Positions 1-8,455 of a DNA stretch of 64,000 bases are shown in pieces (position 1 is the first letter of the stretch; every line of letters starts with the position of its first letter). The notes under the pieces are model-generated. The model was not told where the DNA came from. It did no database searches and saw only the letters and a program-made list of their open reading frames with translations. Made by a program: the position numbers and the translations under genes. The DNA is from Candidatus Babelota bacterium (GTDB lineage Bacteria > Babelota > Babeliae > Babelales > UASB340): positions 15,157 through 79,156 of the forward strand of contig WJIY01000015.1 in the NCBI GenBank assembly GCA_014730005.1, read 5' to 3'.

Positions 1-646
1 TTTTATTTAAAGTTGAATATAAATCTTCTAACTTCCCATTTTCAATTTCTTCATCATCTTCTTTTTGCGCTAAAATTTTTGAAATCAAATTTTTTTGTTC
101 TTCCATTAATTTCTTAAATAAAATTTTTATTTTATTTATTTTTGATGCACAAATCGTAAACCGTTTTTCCAAATCTTGTTGCAAAGCCTTCCCTTCATTT
201 TGTCTGCTTTCAATAACTTGATCTGCAACAATTTCAATATTTTTGATAATATCTTTTATAAATTTTGAATTTACATCTTCTTTTTCTGAAATTAAAATAT
301 TTGGCAAATCAAAAATATTAGAAACATTTAAATTTCCAGGAATATTAAATTTTTTTTTAATCAAATTGGCCGCATTTAAATACTCATCAACCAGTTTTAA
401 TGATAAATTAACTTTTTCTAAAATGCCAGCTCCTTCTATAGCTCTTACAGTCAAATAAACTCTACCTCGAATTAATTTTCTCTTTAGATTTTGATTAATT
501 TCAAGTTCAAAGGCATTTAAAAAATACGGCAACTTACAAATCGATTCAAAAAATCTTGAATTAATTGATTTTATTTCAATAAAAATAGATAACCGATTGC
601 CCTTTTTAACAGGTAATACAACTGTTTTACTACCATACCCCGTCAT
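1..646 (-). CDS. yicC: YicC-family protein, N-terminal part (C-terminus lies beyond window start)
   Basis: Open at the window edge, so absent from the ORF track. Minus-strand ATG at 644-646 gives MTGYGSKTVVLPVKKGNRLSIFIEIKSINSRFFE...LIRGRVYLTVRAIE. This matches the YicC N-terminal pattern (MT[AG][YF], [KR]S[VI]N.R[YF].[ED], RG[KR]V). The + ORF 243-458 is antisense to it. Confidence 0.7.
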   Translation of the reverse strand, partial: MTGYGSKTVVLPVKKGNRLSIFIEIKSINSRFFESICKLPYFLNAFELEINQNLKRKLIRGRVYLTVRAIEGAGILEKVNLSLKLVDEYLNAANLIKKKFNIPGNLNVSNIFDLPNILISEKEDVNSKFIKDIIKNIEIVADQVIESRQNEGKALQQDLEKRFTICASKINKIKILFKKLMEEQKNLISKILAQKEDDEEIENGKLEDLYSTLNK

Positions 647-678
647 ACTTAACAACACAATACACTCTCCTTTATAAG

Positions 679-1398
679 TTATGAAATATTTGCATAAACA
701 TTTTGCACATCATCTAAATCTTCAATAACTTCTAAAAATTTATAAACTTTTTCTTCTTGCTCTTTAGAATTTAAAGATACAAAATTTTTTGGAACCCATT
801 CAATTGAAGAATATTCTACTTTAAATCCTACTTCTTGTGCACCTTTTTTAACTACATCCAATTCTTGAATGTTACAAATTATTGTAGCAATACCATCATT
901 TATAATTACATCTTCAATATTATAATCAAGCATTTTTTCCAAAATTGCATCTTCATTTAATCCATCAGCAAATATTTTAATAACACCTTTATGTTCAAAC
1001 ATCCAAGCAACTGAACCCGATTCTCCTAATGTCCCACCCATTTTCGAAAACAGATGTCTTAAATCAGAAACTGTTCTTTTCTTATTATCACTTAATGTCT
1101 CAACGATTATAGCTATTCCATGTGGACCATAACCTTCATATGTGGCAGCTTCATAATTAACCCCAGCTAACTCCCCAGTTCCTTTTTTTATCGCTCTAGT
1201 TACATTGTCTTGCGGCATATTTGCAGCCTTAGCCTTTTCTATAATATCACGCAACCTAGCATTACCTGCAAGGTCACCACCCCCCTCTCTTGCCGCAACG
1301 GTTATTTCTCTTATTAGTTTAGTAAAAACTTTTCCTCTTTTTGCATCTTCTTTTGCCTTTTTATGTTTTATAGTAGACCATTTTGAATGTCCTGACAT
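679..1398 (-). CDS. yebC: YebC/PmpR-family DNA-binding regulatory protein
   Basis: 239 aa. MSGHSKWSTIKHKKAKEDAKRGKVFTKLIREITVAAREGGGD is the hallmark N-terminus of the YebC/TACO1 family. Confidence 0.9.
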   Translation of the reverse strand: MSGHSKWSTIKHKKAKEDAKRGKVFTKLIREITVAAREGGGDLAGNARLRDIIEKAKAANMPQDNVTRAIKKGTGELAGVNYEAATYEGYGPHGIAIIVETLSDNKKRTVSDLRHLFSKMGGTLGESGSVAWMFEHKGVIKIFADGLNEDAILEKMLDYNIEDVIINDGIATIICNIQELDVVKKGAQEVGFKVEYSSIEWVPKNFVSLNSKEQEEKVYKFLEVIEDLDDVQNVYANIS

Positions 1399-1441
1399 AT
1401 TTCAATCTCCTAAAAAACCTAAAATTTTTAAATCCTATTAT

Positions 1442-2782
1442 TTAAGCCTCAAAATACTCACCTAAAAAGTAACCTCCAAAAGAAAGTAGCAACGATGCTA
1501 ATTCTTTCGGAAAAGCTACAGGAAAAATTCTAAATAATATAAAACTACAACCTCCAGATATAATCGATATAAAAGCAGCTTTTTTACTCAGTTTATTTTT
1601 GAAATAACAAAAAATAATTGGTACAAATAAACAACTAATTGAAAGTTCATAACTCTGTATTAGCATACTTATTATATCATCAGAAAAATATGCAACAAAT
1701 AATGCCAAAAATCCCACCAACAAAGTAATAATTTGTGATATTTTCAATTTATTTTTATACCCAAAATATGTTAAATCAAAATCCTGACAAATATTTGAAC
1801 TGATAGCACAAAGCAATGAATCTGCCGTAGAAATTAAAGCTGCTGCAATCCCACAAACAATTAAAATTAAAAAAAAGTCATTCGCCAAATTGCTAACAAT
1901 AGCAACTAAAGGGCTCGCGCCAGGCAATATATTCAAACTTGAAATCTTGGCCAACATCCCAAAATAAACAGGAATAAAAGAAAATGAAATTATAAAAATA
2001 CTTGAAAGTAAAGCCGAAAGAGCAGCAAGCTTTTTTGTTTTGGCGGCTAGAAAACGTTGAGCCAAATCTTGTTCTATAAAAGAAAACATCATTGGATTAA
2101 AAATTACAGGAAATAAATCGTTAAAATTTAAACCTCTATAAGAAAATAAACTAACTTTATTAATATTAATCAAAGATTGTGGATTTGAATAAATGCTAAA
2201 AATGAATAACCCGGCAAACAAAAAAACAATAAAAATAACTTGATATGTGTCTGTAACTGTAACAGCTTTTAATCCACCAATAACAGTATATATAATTATA
2301 AAAAACCAAAATGAAACAAAAATTATTTCATTATAAAAACCTAAACCTAACAAAAGTCCTCTAACTCCTATAACCTGTCCACCCAAAAGTCCAAACATTG
2401 TTAAAACAGAAAGTATAGATGCTATTTTTTTTAAAAAAACTGAACCATATTTTAATTCAAATAATTGAGCAGTAGTAGAAATATTAAATGACCTTAATTT
2501 TGATGCTATACCTAAACCTAAAAATAAAAAACCTAAAGTTATACCAAGGCTATAAAAAATTCCGAAATATCCAATCTTATAACTTTCTGCGGATGTGCCC
2601 AAAAGAGTCCCGCCACCAATTTGAGTTGCAACCAAAGTAAAAGTTAAATAAAAAAGGCCTAAATTTTTTCCTGCTAAAAAAAAATCTTGCGTTGTTTTTA
2701 TTCCTCGCGAAACCCACAACCCTAAAATTAAATAAAAAATTCCCATTCCCAAAAAAATGGTCATAAAAAGAGAAATATCCAT
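1442..2782 (-). CDS. Sodium:solute symporter (SSS) family transporter, substrate unknown
   Basis: 446 aa polytopic membrane protein. IGGLKAVTVTDTYQ resembles the conserved GG..A..WTD..Q motif of PutP/PanF-type SSS transporters. Confidence 0.75.
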   Translation of the reverse strand: MDISLFMTIFLGMGIFYLILGLWVSRGIKTTQDFFLAGKNLGLFYLTFTLVATQIGGGTLLGTSAESYKIGYFGIFYSLGITLGFLFLGLGIASKLRSFNISTTAQLFELKYGSVFLKKIASILSVLTMFGLLGGQVIGVRGLLLGLGFYNEIIFVSFWFFIIIYTVIGGLKAVTVTDTYQVIFIVFLFAGLFIFSIYSNPQSLININKVSLFSYRGLNFNDLFPVIFNPMMFSFIEQDLAQRFLAAKTKKLAALSALLSSIFIISFSFIPVYFGMLAKISSLNILPGASPLVAIVSNLANDFFLILIVCGIAAALISTADSLLCAISSNICQDFDLTYFGYKNKLKISQIITLLVGFLALFVAYFSDDIISMLIQSYELSISCLFVPIIFCYFKNKLSKKAAFISIISGGCSFILFRIFPVAFPKELASLLLSFGGYFLGEYFEA

Positions 2783-2860
2783 GATAAAAACCTTTTAAAA
2801 CTTTATTAACATTAAAAACATTTAACTTAAAATTAATGAAATTAAAAATGAAATTAATTA

Positions 2861-2891
2861 AATAAAAAAATACATAGCCTTAATGGCTATG
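2861..2891 (-). terminator. Intrinsic terminator-like hairpin (7-bp stem CATAGCC/GGCTATG, 5-nt loop) with U-run
   Basis: Stem 2873-2879 pairs with 2885-2891. The plus-strand A-run 2861-2872 gives UAUUUUUUUAUUU after the stem on the minus-strand transcript. Confidence 0.4.
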
Positions 2892-2963
2892 ATGAATGGA
2901 ATGGAAATTAAAGAAAAATTTAGAAGAAATTGTTTTTTTAAGACCTTTTATTAAAAAAGTCAT
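2880..2963 (-). CDS. Candidate 27-aa sORF / leader peptide (MTFLIKGLKKTISSKFFFNFHSIHHSH)
   Basis: Below the ORF-track size cut-off. Strong SD GAAAGGAG lies 5 nt before the ATG (2961-2963). The stop codon sits in the terminator loop. No homology known to me. Confidence 0.25.
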   Translation of the reverse strand: MTFLIKGLKKTISSKFFFNFHSIHHSH

Positions 2964-3075
2964 AAAAACTCCTTTCTTTTATATACAAAATAATACTGAT
3001 TTGAATTGTATAGATAAAATTAACTAAGTCAAAAATTTTAAGTTTTTATATTGAATTCATCAAAAAATTAAAATT

Positions 3076-3786
3076 TTATATTCTCCAGCTTAATTGACGA
3101 TAAATTTTTGCAAAAGCAAAAAAACTTAAAGGATTATATATTTTTATAAATAAAAATAATAAACCTTTCACAGAGTAATCAACAGAAATAAAATTAAATA
3201 ATCCAAAAATTATCTGATTAATCAATAAATATATAGATGTTATCATCAACAAAACTAATACATTATTTTTGGTTAACCTAATACTATTTTTCATTGCATT
3301 TATAATCCGCATATTTTTATCAATGATTAAATAATTTACCAAAATCAATCGTGCCGCTATGTACAAACCAGGAATAACAAACAAAATGATGCCACCAAAT
3401 ACAAGTAATATTATTAAAATATTTGCACCTATAAGCCGTAAAAGCTGAATTATCTTAAAATTTTTAAATAATAATTTTAAAGAAGACGTCCCGAAATCAT
3501 GCAATTTTAAACAAAACCTTAAAAACCCCGCCCATAAACCAAAAATTAAAATTATACTAAAACACAAACTAAGTAAAAACCAGATACTTAAAAAAATTGA
3601 AGACCACCCAGTAAATAAATTTGACTTTGTTAAACTTAAAATTCCAGGAATAAACCATAATAAAGAAGAAACAAAACTTAATATAAAACAAATACTCCAT
3701 GCAAAAAAGGTTTTTAATAAATGTTTATAAAAAATTAAAAAGGAATATTTAATTGTATCAAAAATATGTATTTGAACCTTCATCAC
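3076..3786 (-). CDS. Polytopic membrane protein of unknown function (possibly DUF975/YciC-like)
   Basis: 236 aa with about 6 hydrophobic segments. The ...VIPGLYIAARLILVNYLIIDKNMRIINAMKNSIRLTKNN... region resembles the DUF975 loop pattern from memory only. Confidence 0.5.
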   Translation of the reverse strand: MMKVQIHIFDTIKYSFLIFYKHLLKTFFAWSICFILSFVSSLLWFIPGILSLTKSNLFTGWSSIFLSIWFLLSLCFSIILIFGLWAGFLRFCLKLHDFGTSSLKLLFKNFKIIQLLRLIGANILIILLVFGGIILFVIPGLYIAARLILVNYLIIDKNMRIINAMKNSIRLTKNNVLVLLMITSIYLLINQIIFGLFNFISVDYSVKGLLFLFIKIYNPLSFFAFAKIYRQLSWRI

Positions 3787-3831
3787 ATAAACTCCTTATA
3801 CAATATATTTATCCATAACTATTAACAAATT

Positions 3832-4866
3832 TCAAAATAATTTAACTTGTTCTGAAATTTTTTCATTTAAAAGTTTTCTTCGTAAGAACAATATTTTTTT
3901 AGGATTAATCTGACGTCCACGAGTAGTCTTTTGTAACAAACCCATTCGTATTAAATAAGGTTCACAAACATCTTCAAGTGTTTGAGTATCCTCGCCTGTC
4001 ATTGCAGCTAATGTTTCAATACCAACAGGTCCTCCGCCAAAATCTTTAATAATATGAGTCAATACTTTGCGATCAAGCTTATTTAGCCCATCCTCATCTA
4101 TTCCTAAAAAATCTAATGCTTTATTTACAACTTCCAAATCTATATTAGAAAAATTATATACTTGAGCAAAATCACGAACTCTTCTTAAAATCCTTTTTAC
4201 AATTCGTGGTGTACCTCTTGCTCTTTTTCCTATAATTAAAGCAGCCTCTGGCAAAATTTTGATTTTCCAAAAATTTGCACTTTGAATAACAATCTCAGCC
4301 AACGATTTTGCGTCATAAAAATCTAACCTTTCAATTATTCCAAACCGTGTCTGCAATGGTCCCGAAATCAGAGATGTTCTTGTAGTAGCACCAATCAGAG
4401 TAAAAGGTTTTAATGGCAATCGAATAGATTTTGCACCTGCACCTTGTCCAATAATCATATCAACACAAAAATTTTCCATTGCACTATACAAAATTTCTTC
4501 CACGTTTTTTGGAAGTCTATGAATCTCATCGATAAATAAAATTTCACGCTGTTGCAAATTGGAAAGAATTGCAACCAAATCACCACTTCTTTCTAAAATT
4601 GGTGCACTTGTAACTTTTAAATTTATATCTAATTCTTTTGCTATAACTTTCGCTAAAGTTGTTTTACCAAGTCCAGGCGGACCAAATAATAATAAATGAT
4701 CTAATTGTTCTTCTCTTAATTTTGAAGCTTTTACATAAAGTTTTAATTTTTCTTTTATTTCACCTTGACCCAAGTATTCATCAAAATTATTAGGTTCAAA
4801 ACTTAAAACTTTATCTTCTGATGTTTCTTGCAAATTTAATAATTCCAAAGGAACATCTAAACTCAT
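3832..4866 (-). CDS. ruvB: Holliday junction branch-migration helicase RuvB
   Basis: 344 aa. Walker A LLFGPPGLGKTTLA, FIDEIHRL, and the RGTPRI sensor motif typical of RuvB. Confidence 0.95.
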   Translation of the reverse strand: MSLDVPLELLNLQETSEDKVLSFEPNNFDEYLGQGEIKEKLKLYVKASKLREEQLDHLLLFGPPGLGKTTLAKVIAKELDINLKVTSAPILERSGDLVAILSNLQQREILFIDEIHRLPKNVEEILYSAMENFCVDMIIGQGAGAKSIRLPLKPFTLIGATTRTSLISGPLQTRFGIIERLDFYDAKSLAEIVIQSANFWKIKILPEAALIIGKRARGTPRIVKRILRRVRDFAQVYNFSNIDLEVVNKALDFLGIDEDGLNKLDRKVLTHIIKDFGGGPVGIETLAAMTGEDTQTLEDVCEPYLIRMGLLQKTTRGRQINPKKILFLRRKLLNEKISEQVKLF

Positions 4867-4998
4867 TTAATTTACCTTATTTAAGCAAAACACAAAGAAA
4901 AATAAATATTTAAACAACCTTAGTATATTCTCTAAAATTTTCTATGCAAAATTAAAATTCACCCTTCATTTTATCTGCCTTTTTGATAAAATACTAAT

Positions 4999-5075
4999 GG
5001 GTTGCTAGCTCAATTTGGTAGAGCAACAGACTCTTAATCTGCAGGTTCAGGGTTCGAGTCCCTGGCAACCCACCA
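4999..5075 (+). tRNA. tRNA-Lys (anticodon CTT), CCA encoded
   Basis: Hand-folded cloverleaf. Acceptor GGGTTGC/GCAACCC, anticodon loop CTCTTAA, T-arm CAGGG-TTCGAGT-CCCTG, 3' ACCA. Confidence 0.9.
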
Positions 5076-5206
5076 AAGATAAATTCATAAAAGTAAAATT
5101 ATAATAAAAATTCTTAAGTTTTTTAAAATTCTTAATTTTTTTGCAAGATACAAATATATTAATGAATGTTAAAAATATCATAAAATTCTAAACCCAACAT
5201 AGAAAT

Positions 5207-5293
5207 GCAAGAGTGGCGGAATTGGTAGACGCACTGGCCTTAGGAGCCAGCCCTCGAAAGAGGATGGGGGTTCGAATCCCCCCTCTTGCACCA
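5207..5293 (+). tRNA. tRNA-Leu (anticodon TAG), class II long variable arm, CCA encoded
   Basis: Acceptor GCAAGAG/CTCTTGC, anticodon stem CTGGC/GCCAG with loop CTTAGGA, variable arm CCCTCGAAAGAGGAT, T-arm GGGGG-TTCGAAT-CCCCC. Confidence 0.9.
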
Positions 5294-5342
5294 TTTTCTT
5301 CAACTACTTTTAAAATTCCCAAAAAAGGAGAAAAAAGTAATC

Positions 5343-6656
5343 ATGGAAACAAGAAAAAAACCCAAAAACGATTTAAATATAAAAATAATACCCAAATCTT
5401 CTCATTTGTTTCAAGCAGAAATCAAAGTTGCTTCAACAATAATATCCAAAATCTATGAGCAAATCCTTGATTCATACAAAAAAAGTACCTCACCCCAAGG
5501 ATTTAATAACAAAAATATACCACTAGAATATATAAAAGAAAATTATCAAAAAGAAATTGAGTGGGAAATAAAAAATTTTTTATTTAAACATTTTGTATTT
5601 GATTTTTTAATGGAAGAAATAATAAATAAAAAAATTCATTTAACAAATTACCCCCGATTGGTAGATATAATTACAAATCAAAATGACGAAATTATATTTA
5701 TTTTTGATTTGTCAATAGCAGAACCTATTGAAATTAAAGAATGGAAAAATTTTATTTTCCGTCCACCAAAAAGAAAAAGATATAAAGACCTAGACAAACA
5801 AGTAACTTTATTTCTAAAAAAACAAATCTCATTATTTAAAAAACATCCACAAAATATAATTCAAGAAAATGACTGGGTTTGTTTTGAAGCTATTCCTTTA
5901 GATAAAAATAAAAAACAACTTTTGGATAATCACAAAAAAATATATTGGTTAAGAGTTAGTAATAAATACATAAAAAAACCTTTTCATTCATCTTTATTAA
6001 ATAAAAAAATTGGAGACTCCTTTATTACAAATAATCTAGCCATCAAAAATGAATTTTCACCCCATAATGAAGAAGAAAATCATCATTTATTTTTTATAAA
6101 AATTAAAAATATTACTAAGGGAACTTATTTTTGTTTAGATTCATTTAGAAATAATTTTAAATTAAAAAGTAAAACCGAAGTTCATAAAAAATTAATTGAA
6201 GTTTTTTCTTACAGAAACGACATCTCTCAACGTAAAGCAATAATAGAAGAATTATTTCACATTTTACTTTCTAAACATCGCTTTGAAGTAGCAAAACATT
6301 TTGTCATAAGGCGTCAAGAAGATATTCTAAATATGCTAAAAACACATCCTGATTATCAAGTTTATAAAACACAAGAAGATTTTATGAACAATATAGAAAC
6401 TCTTGCAGAAAAACAATTAAAAGAGGAAATTTTAATTGACCAATTAGCATATAAAGAAAATATTAAAGTTGATCACAAAGACATTCAATCTTATTTATAT
6501 TTATTTAACAATAATCGATTAAAAGAATTTGTATATTTTCGACCAATACTTGAAAAAATTGAAGATTCAGATAAAACTCTTCAAACAGGAATATTAAAAC
6601 AATCCGTTTTGCGTGAAAAAACATTGAATTATATAATACATATTTTAACCAAATAA
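5343..6656 (+). CDS. tig: Trigger factor-like chaperone (divergent)
   Basis: The track ORF starts at 5286 inside tRNA-Leu, so I use the in-frame ATG at 5343 (METRKK..., 437 aa). SPQGFNNKNIPLEYIKENY aligns with the TF ribosome-binding signature PGFRKGKVP. Size and K/E-rich helical C-terminal half fit TF. Confidence 0.5.
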   Translation: METRKKPKNDLNIKIIPKSSHLFQAEIKVASTIISKIYEQILDSYKKSTSPQGFNNKNIPLEYIKENYQKEIEWEIKNFLFKHFVFDFLMEEIINKKIHLTNYPRLVDIITNQNDEIIFIFDLSIAEPIEIKEWKNFIFRPPKRKRYKDLDKQVTLFLKKQISLFKKHPQNIIQENDWVCFEAIPLDKNKKQLLDNHKKIYWLRVSNKYIKKPFHSSLLNKKIGDSFITNNLAIKNEFSPHNEEENHHLFFIKIKNITKGTYFCLDSFRNNFKLKSKTEVHKKLIEVFSYRNDISQRKAIIEELFHILLSKHRFEVAKHFVIRRQEDILNMLKTHPDYQVYKTQEDFMNNIETLAEKQLKEEILIDQLAYKENIKVDHKDIQSYLYLFNNNRLKEFVYFRPILEKIEDSDKTLQTGILKQSVLREKTLNYIIHILTK

Positions 6657-6663
6657 ATTTTTT

Positions 6664-7620
6664 ATGAGAAAATCAATAATTTCATTATTACTATTATTTC
6701 ATTTTTTATACATATTTTGTATGCAAAATCATCAAAACATAAACCCTCCTACACAACAACAAAACTCAATTGATGAAGCGATTCAAATTGTAGATGCCAC
6801 AAATACCTATAAAGACGAACACTGGATTTTTCAAAATTTATTAAAAATAAAAATTATAATCTTTTTACAAAAATATTTATCTGAGCATATAAACTTTGAA
6901 TCCTATGAAGAAAAGAGGATTAATTTAGATAAAACCACGAGCGAATATATTTATAAAAAGTATTTAAAACTAAATGACCAAACATTATTTTCAAATTTAT
7001 GCATTAATTTTTTTAATTTTTTAGACACAAACCGTAAGACTGATAATCCTATATTAAAACAAGCTTATTTTTCAGATGAATTGCAAGAAATATATACGGT
7101 TATTGCAATGCTCGAGCCACTTCATTTTGCATCAATCCTCGGTTTAGAAAATATTATAATTAAATTGCTAAATCAGGGTCATGATCCTGATTGTAAATCA
7201 TTCAAATTTTATATAAAAACCCCCATATATTTTTGCGCATTTAATGGTCTTACAAATGCAGTAAAAAAACTTTTGCAAAAAAACGCAAATCCTGAAGGTG
7301 CAATCCTAAGAAGTCATGTTGAAAAAATAACTCCCTCTGGACCTATAATTACACCTAATCCTTGGATTACAAGTGCACATCAAGCCATTTTATGGTATAA
7401 AAACAAACCTGAAATACTACAATTATTAATTGATGGCAATGTAAATTTAAACATTATTTCTCCAGAAACGTCCTTTTCACATGGTAATCAAAAAATTAAT
7501 CTAATAGGAACTCCATTACAATGGGCCCACCAATTAAATCACCAAAATGCAATAAATTTATTGGAGGATAAATATATACCAGAATATTACATCCCTACGC
7601 CCATGTGTAACTTAATATAA
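6664..7620 (+). CDS. Signal-peptide-bearing ankyrin-repeat protein
   Basis: 318 aa with hydrophobic N-terminus MRKSIISLLLLFHFLYIFC. ANK-type repeats: LHFASILGLENIIIKLLNQGHDPD, PIYFCAFNGLTNAVKKLLQKNANPE, TPLQWAHQLNHQNAINLL. Confidence 0.8.
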   Translation: MRKSIISLLLLFHFLYIFCMQNHQNINPPTQQQNSIDEAIQIVDATNTYKDEHWIFQNLLKIKIIIFLQKYLSEHINFESYEEKRINLDKTTSEYIYKKYLKLNDQTLFSNLCINFFNFLDTNRKTDNPILKQAYFSDELQEIYTVIAMLEPLHFASILGLENIIIKLLNQGHDPDCKSFKFYIKTPIYFCAFNGLTNAVKKLLQKNANPEGAILRSHVEKITPSGPIITPNPWITSAHQAILWYKNKPEILQLLIDGNVNLNIISPETSFSHGNQKINLIGTPLQWAHQLNHQNAINLLEDKYIPEYYIPTPMCNLI

Positions 7621-7633
7621 ATAAAAATTGTCC

Positions 7634-7662
7634 TTGAAAAATTCGTTTTTATCCTATAAAAT
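7634..7662 (+). promoter_or_regulatory. Candidate sigma70-type promoter for rpmH (TTGAAA-N17-TAAAAT)
   Basis: -35 at 7634-7639 and -10 at 7657-7662, about 50 nt upstream of the rpmH ATG. AT-rich background makes chance matches likely. Confidence 0.3.
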
Positions 7663-7711
7663 CAATATAAAATGAGCTTATTATTTTTGATAAATAAACG
7701 TAGGAGCAAGA

Positions 7712-7846
7712 ATGTCATTCACATATAAACCAAGTAACATTAAACGAAAAAGAAAACACGGATTTAGAAAAAGAATGAAAACAAAAAACGGCCGTAAAAT
7801 TATCAATAAAAGACGAGCAAAAGGCCGTAAAAGATTAGCTGTATAA
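7712..7846 (+). CDS. rpmH: 50S ribosomal protein L34
   Basis: Below the ORF-track cut-off. SD TAGGAG precedes an ATG giving [44 protein letters not shown] (44 aa), the classic L34 sequence. Followed by rnpA as in most bacteria. Confidence 0.9.
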   Translation: MSFTYKPSNIKRKRKHGFRKRMKTKNGRKIINKRRAKGRKRLAV

Positions 7847-7849
7847 AAT

Positions 7850-7873
7850 AAGGATCGATATTTTTCGATCCTT
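7850..7873 (+). terminator. Hairpin between rpmH and rnpA (9-bp stem AAGGATCGA/TCGATCCTT, 6-nt loop)
   Basis: Perfect inverted repeat 3 nt after the rpmH stop, followed by the T-rich TAATTTTATTT. Candidate partial terminator/attenuator. Confidence 0.35.
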
Positions 7874-7888
7874 TAATTTTATTTAGAG

Positions 7889-8224
7889 ATGATAAAAAAT
7901 AAAAAATTTTTCTCTTTTAATAAAAAAGAAATACAAGAATATTTTAAAGTTGCAAAACTAAAATGCCGCAATTCCGGTTTAAAACTTCTACAAGCACCAA
8001 TAAAAAACAAACTTCAAAAAGAAAACCTTGGCAAATTGTTAATCATTATTCCAGGCAAATCTGGAAATGCAGTTCAGCGAAATAAAATCAAAAGGCAAAT
8101 CAAAGTTGTTTTTTTTAAAGAAGAACTTTATAAAAAACCGATCATATCTATTTTATTTGTTTATAAACCAGCAATTAAATTAACATTTCATCAAATAAAA
8201 GAATTTTTAATAAAATGCATCTAA
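7889..8224 (+). CDS. rnpA: Ribonuclease P protein component
   Basis: 111 aa basic protein directly after rpmH. GNAVQRNKIKRQIKVVF matches the RnpA RNR-like motif (A..RN..KR..R). Confidence 0.8.
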   Translation: MIKNKKFFSFNKKEIQEYFKVAKLKCRNSGLKLLQAPIKNKLQKENLGKLLIIIPGKSGNAVQRNKIKRQIKVVFFKEELYKKPIISILFVYKPAIKLTFHQIKEFLIKCI

Positions 8225-8451
8225 AAAAATTTTTAAATGATATTATTTTTTTCATTATTGATTCAATACGACCATTAATAGGTCCAACCTGCTGTTGCAT
8301 TTATCCAATAACTTGTCGTAATTTTACAAAATCAATTATAAAAGAAAAACCATTTTACATAGCTATTCCATTAATCATTTTAAGAATATTAAGTTGTAAT
8401 CCAATCACAAAACTAATTTTGCAAATTCAATACAATAAGAAAAACAAATAA
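8215..8451 (+). CDS. yidD: Membrane protein insertion efficiency factor YidD-like
   Basis: 78 aa, overlaps the rnpA end by 10 nt. ...GPTCCCIYPITCRNF... corresponds to the Cys-rich YidD core (C.F.P.CS.Y). Conserved rpmH-rnpA-yidD order. Confidence 0.7.
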   Translation: MHLKKFLNDIIFFIIDSIRPLIGPTCCCIYPITCRNFTKSIIKEKPFYIAIPLIILRILSCNPITKLILQIQYNKKNK

Positions 8452-8455
8452 AATA

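Noticed and set aside
243-458. 71-aa + strand ORF from the track
   Set aside because: It lies antisense within the clearly recognisable YicC-family reading frame (1-646, minus). It has no SD and low-complexity sequence.
5213-5458. 81-aa ORF, plus the first 19 codons of the 5286 ORF
   Set aside because: Both overlap tRNA-Leu(TAG) at 5207-5293. The translation MAELVDALALGASPRKRMGVRIPPLAP is just the tRNA read as protein. The tig-like gene is restarted at ATG 5343.
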